Below are positions 37,501-50,500 of a stretch of DNA of 64,000 nt, one piece after another (positions within the stretch are counted from its first letter, which is position 1; each line of letters opens with the position of its first letter). The notes beneath the pieces are model-generated. The model had not been told where the DNA came from. It saw only the letters and a list, made by a program, of their open reading frames with translations, and searched no databases. The DNA comes from Podarcis tiliguerta (Eukaryota), in the NCBI GenBank assembly GCA_965153285.1, contig OZ229115.1, one strand, 5' to 3'. The position numbers and the translations under genes were made by a program.

Positions 37501-40500
37501 GTCTTTATACCTTGTATGTGAATAGAAATACATTTTATAAATAAATAAAATAAATTATGTTATGCTAGATTTGAAACACTACCTTCACTCAGTTTGTTGC
37601 ACATTGTCTTCTATCCCTCTGAATAAATTGTCTGTTAGTGTTGTATAAGTTGTGGACAAAATATGCAGGAACAGAGAAATAGTTCCAAAGGGCGCTCTCC
37701 ATGCAAATATCAAATCTGGGCAAAAGCTGCAAAGTGAAAACGTTCCATCCTAGGGAGAGATGAAGTCAATTTCTCAACCTGTGTTATAATCCAGAGCAGC
37801 TGACACTAACGAATCTGGTTTCTAAAAGCATAATTCCAACTCCTGTCAGTCAAAAGTATGGGTTTTGCAGCCAAGGCCAGTGTTCTTTGTCACAATCTTT
37901 GCCAGGTTCTTGGTTAAAGCTTTGGTATGATGGTGATAAAGAACCATTCAATCTAAGCAACAGCAGTTTCTGTAGCTTGCATGCAGGAATACTCATTCAA
38001 GGCATTTGCAAAGCAGTGACATGAGTTCAAGCCACACATCTGTTAAACACTATAGATCATTTTTACATTCTTCTCCCACATCACATCACTTCATCAGAAA
38101 ATGTCTAAAATATACAAGACTCAAGCCTAGCTTCAGCTCACATCCACATTGCATATCTTGAGAAATGGGTGATATTGGCATGGGAATAAACTGTATCATG
38201 TACCTTGTGGCCTGTATCTTGTCTTGTGACATATATGCTGGAGTGGTTTTCAAGTAGCTTATACTGCATTACATCATAGCTTAGGTGATGTCAAGGGAGG
38301 CCTTAAGGTGCCACATCTCTGTCCCGACAGACATTTCTGCGAGGCAGTTACTTAGAAAGGCTTGGTATTAAGGGAGTAGGTTTCATATAACATAGAGGGA
38401 GTAGCATCTAGATGATAAGTGGTGGGTGGGATTTACGTGCACTTAACATTGGGAAGTTTTTCATGGGTAATGAATGCAAAGGTATGTGGTTTGTAAAAGA
38501 GGGTTCCATGTGTGCTTGCAAGGCTCTATACTTTATGCATTGCTAATGCATGATAATGTGACTACCATGGAGCATGGAGTTTCTTCCATAAATGATCTAA
38601 ATAGGTCAAATTAGGATGTGTTTAAAAAGGTAAAGGTACCCCTGACCGTTAGGTCCAGTTGTGGATGAGGTTTAGGATGACTTAATTAGGCTAGAGGTCA
38701 GACAAAGAGAAAAACATTCATATTTTCTGGAATTTTTATACCGCTTGGTGCTTTTCTCTTATTGATAAGGATCAAGATCAGCACCAAACAACATGTAAAA
38801 AATCATATATAATTAAGTTATTTTAAAGATATAACTAAGCTACCTATATAGATGGCAATTCTGGTGACATAGCCCATGCCTTAACAATTGTTTTTGACGC
38901 CTACAGATTGGAAGTTGTAAGAATGTAACAGTTATGTCTCTGCGCTCTAACAAACTGGAATTTCTTCCTGATGAGATTGGACAAATGCAGAAACTCAGAG
39001 TCTTAAACTTGAGTGACAACAGGTAATGTTTCTATTATTTTAGATTTCTTGCATAATCAGTGCTCTTTTGAACCGAGAACTGTTCAAAACGTATCCTAAC
39101 ATTTTTCTCTTGAAGCATTGCCAGATTATCAGCTGACAGAACAACGTATGTGCAGATATGTTAATTTGTTTCATGGGATCCAGACAGCTTTTCTCAAGGA
39201 AGCATTTCTCTTTTTCATTAGTTGAACAGCAGCAGTGACATTATTGTTGGCATAAAGTTATTTAGGTGCTGCACAAAGTTTATTAAATAGCACAATATCT
39301 TCCACAGGTTTACAAACTAATGGATGTATGAGGACTGGGGAAAGTTAGTTGCGTATTGGGAATGTATAAGTGATAATGAAATAACGTTAGTGGCATTTAA
39401 AGAAGCTCTGTAACAAAATAAGAAATATTGTAAAAAAGGAAAATAGAAGTGGGGGGTAGGCATAAAGGCAATAGCAAAATTTGGAAATGTGTAATTAAAG
39501 AAGATATAATTTGGATCATTGGTAGAAAGGCTGAAGGAAGTCTAAAAATGGAAAAAATTATAGAAGTTGTAATGTGGTGTGATTTGTATTTTCTTTTGAT
39601 GGAAAATTAATAAAATATAATTATAAAAAACAAACAAACTAATGGATGTAATTAAAAAGGAGAAGGAACAAGGACACAGTTGCTCTAAACCATGTAGCGT
39701 AGAGAGAAAAGAGAAATGTCAAAAACGTTTCTGGTTTAGAAAGCCACAAGAGGCTTCTTCATCAAAGGAGGAAGGCAGAGCTAAAACTGGGTTCCTCCCA
39801 GTGGAGGTTCTACAAACCTCTGGTGTCCAACTTGCAGAACAGGATGACCTTCTCCTCTGAATGAGAATTACATTTAATTCATAAAGAAGAACGCAAACAT
39901 TTGATAAATGTTGCAGATAGTCTCTTTTTTTTTTTTTTGCTTAAATATTTCAGGTCATTTTATGAATAATATGTCATCAACTGACATTTTCCAGAGGCTG
40001 CAGTAATTAAAGCCGAAATCCTATGATTCATTTAACTGAAAAGGGTAGCAAAAAAAATTCAACTTCAACTAATTTAAACATCCCTGTTCTTCTTGTTGGA
40101 ACTAATTAGAGTTTTCTATATAGCACTTGTTTCCCCCCACATGCAGTCATTTAAAGCACAAAAGTGGGAATAATTTCACAGAATCAGCAAGCTGATATTG
40201 TGATTTAATTTTCATTTAGCATGAACCATGTTTGTAAATGTAGTGCCCTAATAGGGTTACGGGGTCTTGAAATCAAACATTCTGGTACTTGGATGGGGCC
40301 TGTGTTACATGGAATGTAAAGGGTTAAAAGGTAAGTGGCTGCAACCATTGCTCCTCCTGTGATTCAGTGAGTAGGATTTATGGTATGTTTGTGTGTGTTT
40401 TTAGCTCTCTACCTGTTCAATTCTATGTAAGCTGGACTCAGAACTAGTCCTGTTTATTGTTCGCTTCATAAAGTGACTGTCTTTCTGTCCCCTTGGAGTC

Positions 40501-41546
40501 TGTTGTAGTGCATGGTTAACAGGAAGGTATGCAACTGCATGAGTAGATACAGTGGTGCCCCGCAAGACGAATGCCTCGCAAGACGGAAAACCCGCTAGAC
40601 GAAAGGGTTTTCCGTTTTTCAATGCGCTTCGCAGGACGAATTTCTCTATGGGCTTGCTTCGCAAGACGAAAATGTCTTGCGATTCTTGGGATTTTTTTTC
40701 GCTCCCCACCCCCTTTTTCTAAGGCACTAAGCTGCTAATAGCCTTTTAGCAGCTAATCCGCTAATCCCTTAAGCCTTTAATAGCCGCTAATAGCTGCTAA
40801 ACCTCTAATAGTGCTAATCCGCTAATAGGGTTGCTTCGCAAGATGAAAAAACCGCTAGACGAAGAGACTCGCGGAACGGATTCTTTTCGTCTTGCGAGGC
40901 ACCACTGTACATAAAGAGGGACCCAGTTAAGAATATTTCGTGGTGCCTGTTCTCTACTGAAATCCCAGCTCAAGAGTTATGCCAGAAATACAGTTTCCAA
41001 GAAGCTGGTGTGTCAGGACAATGTGCACCACAACTGGAGAAAATAGAAGCTGAGCTCTGAAGTATAAAGCTTTTCTGGTGGAACAGATATAAAGGACAGC
41101 AGGTTCCAAACTGCCCTATTTCTGCATGTTGTTAGAGAAGAGGCTAGGGAGGGTGTCAGAATGAGATTTATGATGGACACAAAGGAAAAGCATTAATCCC
41201 AGTGTCACAGATTTAAAGATGCTTGCCCTGCGGTGAGAGGGCACTTTCATAGGAGACTGCTAAGCTTGCCCTCATGTTTGAGCACATATCCAGCATAATA
41301 ATGAAAGCTATTCCTAAAAAAAGCACAAGCCTTTATTAACTCTTTTGTAAATGCATGCTAGCGTGAAAGTGATTCATAAGGATTTTATTCTGGTAGCAGT
41401 CGAAAGTGAGACATTTAGCAGCTGGAAGACATTTGCAGGGTTTCCTTGCAGCAATGGTGTTCTTGAGTTTGGAATACTGCCTTGGCTAAAACCTTAACAC
41501 ATAACAATAGATTAGGTAGGGGGTACACACACACACACACACACAC

Positions 41547-41584
<38 letters not shown>

Positions 41585-44500
41585 TCTCTGAGTATTTAGG
41601 AAATTAAATTATGTATACATTTTTAGCTGGGAAAATATTATTTGAAAAAGAATCAAGTATTTCCATAAAGATGTCTTTTAAAAGCAATGCAAGAGGATGA
41701 CCAAAGTTGAAATTGCTGTCATCTGACTGTTAAAATGCTGCATAAATATCCTGACAATGTTTAAGTAAATACTCAAGTTGTCCCAATTTTGTTATTTTTA
41801 CAGATTGAAAAATTTGCCTATCACTTTTACAAAACTTAAAGAACTTGCAGCTTTGTGGCTTTCAGACAACCAGGTAAAAATTTTAATGTCTGCTCTCATT
41901 TTAACAGCTAAATAAAAGGGCAGCAAGCTCAGCTGTATTTGTATTTGTAAAATATTTATGGTGAACTTAAAAGTGTTTAAACCTGTTAAAGTAGATAATG
42001 CTTTCTGGCGGGGTGTGTGTGTGTGTGTAAAAATTATGAGTATAATGCAAAATTGTTCATAGCATCTCAAGTTCTGCTTCCTTCAAGTTCATCTGTATCA
42101 TCAGATCTCCCAGCAAACCCCCAAATATTTTGAAGCACCAAGCAGTGCTAGCCCTACTGTTAGGCAGAGTGCAGTGACATGGGGAAGCAGTGAGATGTTG
42201 GGCGGCAAGAATTTACTAGTTCAAATAGCAACCTTTTTATGTATTTATTTCCTTCTGTACAATGTGATGGGTGTTTCACAAGGGAGGGTGCTTAAGCCCA
42301 AGACCTGTTGAGTCTAACCATCTGTCGGTGATGGGGAACCTCTGATCCACAGGCCTAATTTTGGTCTAGCCATACCCACCTGCCATCACATACAATGTGG
42401 GGTATTTGGCAGTTAAAGATATGCCTGGGCTGAAAGGGATTTTGCAGACAGTGACTCTCAGCTGATCACCGGTGCCAACAAAGCCCTATATGTTGTAAGC
42501 GACAAACATCAGTAGAGTATCAAGGCTTGCAAAGTACTATGCTTTTCCCTGCAGAGTTTGATTTCATTCTGACACCAGGTGTTTCAGAGGTTGGCAGCAC
42601 TTTCCAACTGTCAGACGTGGCCCATAGAAGCTTTGGGAAAGTAAGGTTCTGCCCCACTGGCTGGATCCAGTTCTCCATCCTTGTCATATAAAAGGAGGGT
42701 GGAGTCTTCTATCTATGATAGAACTGTGGCATTGTAGAGATGTTACAGGAAGGACAGTGTTTATGTAAATGTAAAACAGATAATCAGTATACAGGCTTCT
42801 GGATCATACTCTTAGTTTTAAGGATACCACAATTTCTTCTTTAGGACAAAAGGGTGGTAGCATATAGAACAGTATCTAAGTAATAAGAAAACAACACAGC
42901 ACCATCTGTTGGTTGGAGCTGCTATTTCCTAATCATTACAATGCAATTTAATACCTAGAAATTATGTAGTTAGTATTGTTTTGATCAAGAATGTTAATTA
43001 CAATGCTCATTGTAATGGGACACTATTTGTTACTGTGCATGATAATTTTAGATGCCATCATTTTGGCGTTATTGTAATGTTGTTTTCTTTGAATTTGCAG
43101 TCCAAGGCCCTTATCCCTCTTCAGACTGAGGCACATCCAGAAACAAAGCAAAGAGTGCTGACCAACTACATGTTTCCTCAGCAACCTCGTGGTGATGAAG
43201 GTACTTATCAAAAAATAGGAAAGCTATTCATTAAATAATCAATGTCGACTTAAGTATTCTAAACAATTATTCTATAGATGGTTGTTGTTTTACAATACAA
43301 ACCACTCCCTTCCCCACTTTTAACTTTCATTTTTGATAAACCATAGCAATGAAAGCTAGTGACCTGATTTGGCAGGGCTGCTAGGAATCCATGGGGGCAT
43401 GGCCAATGAGTGGTCACTGGACTGTGGCCAAGTTATTCTGGTTTTCTCACCAACCTCCTCCCTTGCTGTGGATACTTAGGCATTGCAGTTTTACAAACAG
43501 CACCTAATACAATTGAAAAGCGTCAGAAGGCATCCCTGCTGTCACAGTTGCTTTCTTCTTAAAGATAGGTTGTGTGGTCCCCACCTGTTCTGGTTGTCTC
43601 CCTATCCTCCCATGAAAAAGGACTGTTAACAATATATTTACAAACTGTGGGAAAAGATTGTTCCCCTTCCCCAGTTTATTAAGTTCTACATCTTTTCCCG
43701 CCAGAATGTGAAATAAGGTAAAGGGATATTAAGTAGACTAGGACCTGGGAGACCAGGATTAAACTCAGCCACAAAACTCACTGTGTGACCTTGGGCCAGT
43801 CACTGTATCTCAACCTAACCCATCTCACAGGGTTGTACTGAGGGTAACATGGGGAAAAGAAGACCCATGAATACCACCTTGAGCTTCAAATAAAAATGCT
43901 ACCTCCTGCCTGCCTATCCCTGATTTTGAATTTGGGAGATAGGCTTCGAATAATGAACACAATTCAGGCCTACAAACATTTGACTTGTAGGTCCTGAGCA
44001 AATCCAATATGTGACAACTGTCTGTTAGAACTGTGCTCCTGTACTACATATAGACTCTGCACACTGAGTTCTCATCTGCAGCGTCCTACTTTTTAAATAG
44101 CATTTTAAATTTGTTTTACAGTCTTTTTATCCTCACAACGACATGGTTACTTTGATCATAGTTCAACAAAAAGAACAGTACTAGCCCCTTCAAGACTAAC
44201 ACATTTATTATGCCACAGGTTTTCATGTCAGTTTCATCATTATTGGTAATCCATGAAAGTAATAATACATTTGCTAGCCTTTAAAGTGCTACTGAATTGT
44301 TGTTTTGTTTCTGCTGGCCCTTTGTTTGAAAGTGTACCAGAGTAATATTCCCCATGCCATACAATGAGCCTGTGACAGATAATGGGTGGTGGTCTTCTGG
44401 TGGGCTAGCTTTAAAAAAAATGGTAAAGAAAAGGCTAATAATTCTTGGTAATCAATGAAAGTTTCATTTCTGCTGTAAACCATTGTGGTTAGAAGATAGA

Positions 44501-47500
44501 AACTGGCTCTGGATTGCCAGAACATCATATCAAATGAATTTGCTGAACTTTAGGCAAGTTGGTAGCTGGGAAAGGATGTATGTTTGCATCGACAAAAATC
44601 AAGAGTGACCTTAGCTCACAGCCCCAAGCATGCTCATACTGGGCTAACTTGAGGCCTACATGCTTTTGACTATTTGCACCCACAGATGTTATTTATTTAA
44701 AATAAATAATTTAAGATTTGCACAGCGCAATGTTTCCAGTTCAGAGTTATTTGGTTGTTTAAGTTGATATTGTGGGTAAAGTTTTATTACTAGGTATCTT
44801 TTGATTATTACGTTAATTTCTACTCTAATTAGATTTCCAGTCTGACAGCGATAGTTTTAATCCTACTCTATGGGAGGAGCAAAGACAGCAACGTATGACT
44901 GTTGCCTTTGAATTCGAAGAAAAAAAGGAAGAGGAGGAAAATGCAGGAAAAGTTAAGGTAACTAGGATTATCATCCTTGGTTTTTTTGTAGTAAATAAGT
45001 AGGTGGTTGTTAAGTGTGTGTTTGACCAATCTAGACATGAGTAAGGTTGCAATCCTATACTCACCTATCTGAAAATAAGTCCCATTGAACTCAGTGGTGC
45101 TTACTTCGACATGCAATGGATTGCACTGCAAATCTCTTTAAAAATTTGACTGTGTTTCCTACTACCGTGATTGCACCTTCAATTGCTGGCTAGGGCACAT
45201 GAAATTTCCAGATGCACTGTTAAAATCTCATATTCCGCAGTTGTCAATTAGAAAGTCCTCTTTGATGGGCTGCCTCATTTAAGTGCGGTCCAGAAGTTTG
45301 CTCTTGCCTTTAAAAGTCAACCTGCTGATACGCATATTTTCTTGATGTCCTTCTCTTGATATTTCCCATAATGTCCCCTTAAAGCATGTGACATTTAGAA
45401 CTAAAGGGATTGGCACTTTTACAAATATATAGAGAGAGTAAGAATTAGATATTGCCTCACTGCAAATCTTGTTTTGCAGAACAGAAATGAAACTGATAGA
45501 AGTGAATCTTGCTGTGCTGTTTATGAGACACAATTACCAAAAGGATAACAATGTGTGATCAATAGAAACTGATGGCTTAGGTTCACAAAGACCATTTCTA
45601 ATTCGCTAACTCAGAACTGTCACATCAGATGAAACAAACAGCCTTTTAAGCAGATAATTCTGTTCTGTATAAAATTGAGGGAGGGAAATAGGTTAGATTC
45701 TTTTATAAAAGCCAAGTGTAATGTGAAATGGCAGTTGCACAGGGAAAAAATATTGTAGGAGTCAAGTTAATTAACAAGTCCTGACGTAAATATCTTCTTT
45801 CAGAAGTTTAAACAAGGCACAAAAGACTTTATAAGACACAAAAATGGCTGATCTATTGCTCATCAGATTGCTATATTTAGCCCCAAGTAATCATTCCACA
45901 GCCACCAAAATTTCAACACCTTGAATATTACATTTCAGTGACAGCTGAAATTGTCACCTTAGTACAAGAGATGTTTTTTCTTGAATTTCTGTCTCTTGCA
46001 CAAAAAAACTTTGCAGTCTCAGTGTTCATATGCATTTGTTCTCTCAAAACCAATGAAAGGATTCATAAGCCCATAATATAACAAACATGAAGACCACTTA
46101 GTGGGCATTCAGCTCTGTCTTTTCAATAGTATCTTCAGTGTTCACTAGAAGTATTACTTAGATTTCCAGCCAACAAAGACAGCCCATATAGCATGCATTT
46201 TACACAATATTCTATAACACAGAAATTGTTTTCTATCTTTATATTAAAAATATGCCCAATCTGCTCTGCATTCAGAATCGGGGGTGGCCTTGACATGATG
46301 ATTATATTGTAGCAAGCAAGTGCCTCTGATGTGTATCAAAACCAAGTACTTCCAGCAGGTGTTTTGTAAAAGCATTGCCTTGATGTTTGGGGGCAAATAT
46401 GTTTTACTTTAAAATGAGATTAAATGAGGTCAAGAGTCACATCTATCAGTCAAATCATTTGTTTTTGGAACAAGACTTGAAATTGATGTTAGTTGCCAGG
46501 AATAAAGGAAAATCACACCTTTCTTTCTTGAGCTCTTACTCTATTTCCCTCTTTTATCCTACAGATATCTGAGAGGGGGGGGGACTGCCTTACTCTTCAT
46601 ATAATCCTCAAACAAAAATAATACTTTATTAAAATGAAAAGTAAGATTGGGTTGTATCCAGCGACGTCCCTCTGCTGAAAGAAGGTTCTTTGATCCAGTG
46701 GAGGTGTCTGTGAGCCAAAGGGAAGGAAGTGTTTTCCATAGACTCCCCCTTTCTTCTGCAGTCCCCTTAACTACTTACATAACTGTTCTAAAGGAATTCC
46801 TGTTGAACAAATTTGGGGGAGCTGCACAGAGAAGGGAACGAGCTAAAATTGCCTTTGCCACTTTCCACTAACATGAGCTTCTGCTGAATCAAAAAGCATA
46901 CTGTCGCAAAAATGAGCAATGTATGTATGGACGCAGTGGGATATTAATCCAGACTTTTTGTGGATATCCCTTTAAAAAGTAAAACATATAAAACTTTTTT
47001 TAGCAAATAGAAAGCAACACGAAAACTGTATTGGTAGCTCTCTGGGACACACACACTTATGAGGGTACTAAGAGTACATTTTTGTACAGGAGAATGGCAA
47101 AAGATGTTTTAAAGCAGCGAAGAAGCTAAGTAGTTCCATGTTAAGCCCTAGCCTGTGTTATTTCACTTCCCATATATCTTCACATGACAATCAACATTTC
47201 CTATACTTCTAATGTTATATAATTGAAAATCAAAACACAGTCATTTCCATTAATGTTGCCTTTATGCCTGAAAGGTTTGAACCTTGTACAATGAGACTCT
47301 ACAATTAAATGACATCTGTATAAATGTCAGTAAATAATGCTTTTTAATGGCTTTGTTCATTTCAGCTTCCGTTTTCATTTTAGTAAACAATTAAAAAAAG
47401 AAACCTTTATATAAAAATATGGTTCTGTCTAATGCTGAGTGAGCAGAAAACAGCTCATACAATGGCTCTTTCCTGCAGCCCTGTACTCCTTCACAATGTT

Positions 47501-50500
47501 TCGCTAGTAGGTCCTGAGCAGCGTGGTCTGTATCAAGTGGGGCTATAGTAGTAGGGGGAAATCACACAAAACCAGGAAGAAGAATCTTGTACCAACAGCA
47601 TGCAAGATTCCTCTGCCTGATTTGGCATGTTTTCCTGCTTCTACTGTACTCTCTTGCAACACACAGTGCAGGAGGGCTCTTGACCTTTTCAAGGGGCTTT
47701 TGTGTCAAGGTTCCAGGTAGCTGCAGTGGCCAATTTCGCCAGGTATCCTTTTGCTTAAAAATAAGATAAACAGGGTTTCAAAACTTTTGATGTCATGGTA
47801 GACAGGTGAACTTATGTTCAGCTCATCACAGTTTTTTGATTCATAGGATAAAGATAAGCGTGTTTCTGAATGGTGGTAAAAAATTTAATTTTATCATTTT
47901 TTGTTAATTCACAAACTAGAAAAGTGATCTATTTGCCTGCGTCAGGGGTAGATAATCTTTTGCACTCAAGAGTTGCATGTGGCAGTGATCAGGGGATGCG
48001 TAGCAGTAATAAGTGGGCCTGAAAGTGGTAGCTGNNNNNNNNNNNNNNNNNNNNNNNNNNNNNNNNNNNNNNNNNNNNNNNNNNNNNNNNNNNNNNNNNN
48101 NNNNNNNNNNNNNNNNNNNNNNNNNNNNNNNNNNNNNNNNNNNNNNNNNNNNNNNNNNNNNNNNNNNNNNNNNNNNNNNNNNNNNNNNNNNATTCAATAC
48201 CCACTTTCCCCTCAAAATAAAGATGAAAATCCACAGGAGTGCTGTCAGTAATATCCGTGTAAAGCCAATTTTAATGTATTAAATAGATTTTAAAAAGTCA
48301 CACTGGTGCTAGACCTTTACAGTACTAAACATATTAAAAAGAAATCATGTTAAATGTTTCTGTTACATTATTCTGCTTTATTAATTCTATTTATTCTATC
48401 TTAAAACATAATCAAATGGTTACAGATCAGTTCAATACCTGGGTGTTTGGAGATGATTCTCATATGTTTATCCAGTAAACATGCAAGTAATATTGGGACT
48501 CACAGTGTTTAAAGTGCATACAAAATTTCTTTGACATCATGGCTATCTGTGCATTGCAATATCAACTGCAGGCACCTGTCTGTTTGGCTGATATGAAGAC
48601 ATTTCCAGAGTGGTGAAATAATCCTTAATATTAAGGGCACAGTTCTCAATGAAATGTGTGCCCTGTGATTGGTTGGTTGCATATTCATCTACGTTTCATA
48701 GGATTTGGTTTGTAATTTTATGTTATTTAAAATTATACATTTGGTAATAGTTCTAAATATTCATAATAACTTTATTCTGATGAGTCTTGTGAAATTTGAT
48801 TTTGGTCAAGTGTATCATTGTTTGCTGAAATGAATTTGACAGTAGAAATTAAAAAAGAAATTCTTCTATCCAGGAATATTGCACTTTGGAAGGTTTTTAT
48901 CCCCAGCGGCATGCTACTTCTGAGGTAACTTTAAATGTGAAACATAAAAGACCATGAATAGAAAGGGAGTCTAGACTTCATTGGTAATTATCATTTTTAA
49001 TATCAACTATGGGATTTTCTTCACCCTAATTCTATCTAGCACATCTGCGAGTATGTTTAATAGTGAAAGTTAATATTTACCTAAGATAAATTAACTTTAC
49101 TCAAATTTCCTTACATAGTTAATTAGTTACACTGTATTCTTAGCAACCTTTGCAGTGCATGTAGTATTTGATTTACATCCCAGTTATTGTTAAGGTTATG
49201 TGTAAATCTTACGTATACCATGGCCCAGGTCATGTAGAAAAGCACGTGATTAAGTTAGACCAGCAGCAATTACATTCTTTCAACTGTAAGGCAATTAGAA
49301 CAATAGCAGTACTTTATTCCACACATCACTTAGTTAGTTTTCTTACTGGAGCTGTACATTTCCTTGTAACATAATATTTCACATTTGCTATTGAGATCCA
49401 TGTTTGGATGTGCTTGTCTGTAATGCATACTTTATTATATTTCAACGCTCAGTGCAAGTTGCTGCCATAGTTTGTTCTCTTCACATCAGTCAAGCTTTTT
49501 GAATGGTTGCCTATTAACTTGTGTCTGCATTTGAACCTTGGCTTTACATGCAATTTTTTCCTTTGTAGTAAAAATTATATCACACTTTTGTACAAATACA
49601 CATCCATTAAATGAGGTGGGGAGCCCTCAATTTTTATTGAATGCAATCCGTTAAAATTGAAGTGTACTCAAGTCCTATTGATTTCCGAAGGATTTAGGAA
49701 CATCTAATCTTTTTTGGATTGCTCACAGTCTTTTCAAATAAGCTATCCCAGTGTTGTTTTATAAATCTAGAATGACTTCCCATATGCAAGTGAAGTTCTA
49801 GATTCTACCTGAGCCATTAAAGTGATGTTTAGCAGTCTGAACATCAAGGTGTAATTTCAGTCCAAGTATTATTGCATTATACAGTTCTAGGCAAGTGGGA
49901 AAGAAATTACATTCAGTCACCAATGGATTTTATTCTGCATTCACCATGTTGTAAATGACATAGGCTTTAGCATTTCAAAGGCACAGTTTTATGTTAACAT
50001 TGTCTCAAATGCCTAAATTCACTGTCTCTGTGTTTTCTGTTTTGTATAGCCTTGATAATCAAAACTAGAAGTGTAATAATTGTTTTTGTTTCCTATTTGT
50101 GGTTTTAATTTGTTTTGTTAAACGACTGCTCAGGTTGAAATAAACTTAAAGCGCTATCCAACTCCATACCCAGAAGATTTAAAGAATATGGTGAAATCTG
50201 TTCAAAATCTGGTGGGTAAACCTAGCCATGGAATGAGGCCTGAGAATGCAACACCAACCGTCAGTGCAGAACAAGCTGTGAAAGACAAATATGAGCACAA
50301 GTGGCCAATGACAGCAAAGGATATATCCGTGGAGGTAACATGACAGTGTTATTTAAACAATCGGGAGCTTATTTTAAGATCAGTACAATATAGATCTCTT
50401 TATTCAGAGGGTTGTATGTAAGCAGAAGTAGGCTGATCTATAACCCCTTTCCTTCCCTCTTACCCCCCTTAGATATAATTTGCTTCACCTTTCAGTGCTG

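Noticed and set aside
38878-38906. gccttaac resembling a U12 branch point before exon 38907
   Set aside because: The intron's donor is GTAAGG (U2 type), and the motif also fits an ordinary YTNAY branch site.
40560-40900. Regularly recurring CGCAAGACGAA motif resembling a CRISPR-like array
   Set aside because: Eukaryotic context, irregular spacing, mixed orientation and enclosure by TIRs with a TA duplication show it is a MITE.
46520-46620. Strong acceptor (tttccctcttttatcctacag) as a candidate for the missing exon
   Set aside because: The frame closes at TAA after 18 codons and shows no similarity to the recalled mammalian exon.
47515-47517. Single in-frame TGA as selenocysteine or readthrough codon
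   Set aside because: The context TGA GCA is not the TGA CTAG readthrough motif, no SECIS can be assessed here, and the open frame is not the one carrying most of the mammal-like motifs.
47916-48282. ORFs spanning poly-X
   Set aside because: Artefacts of the N gap.
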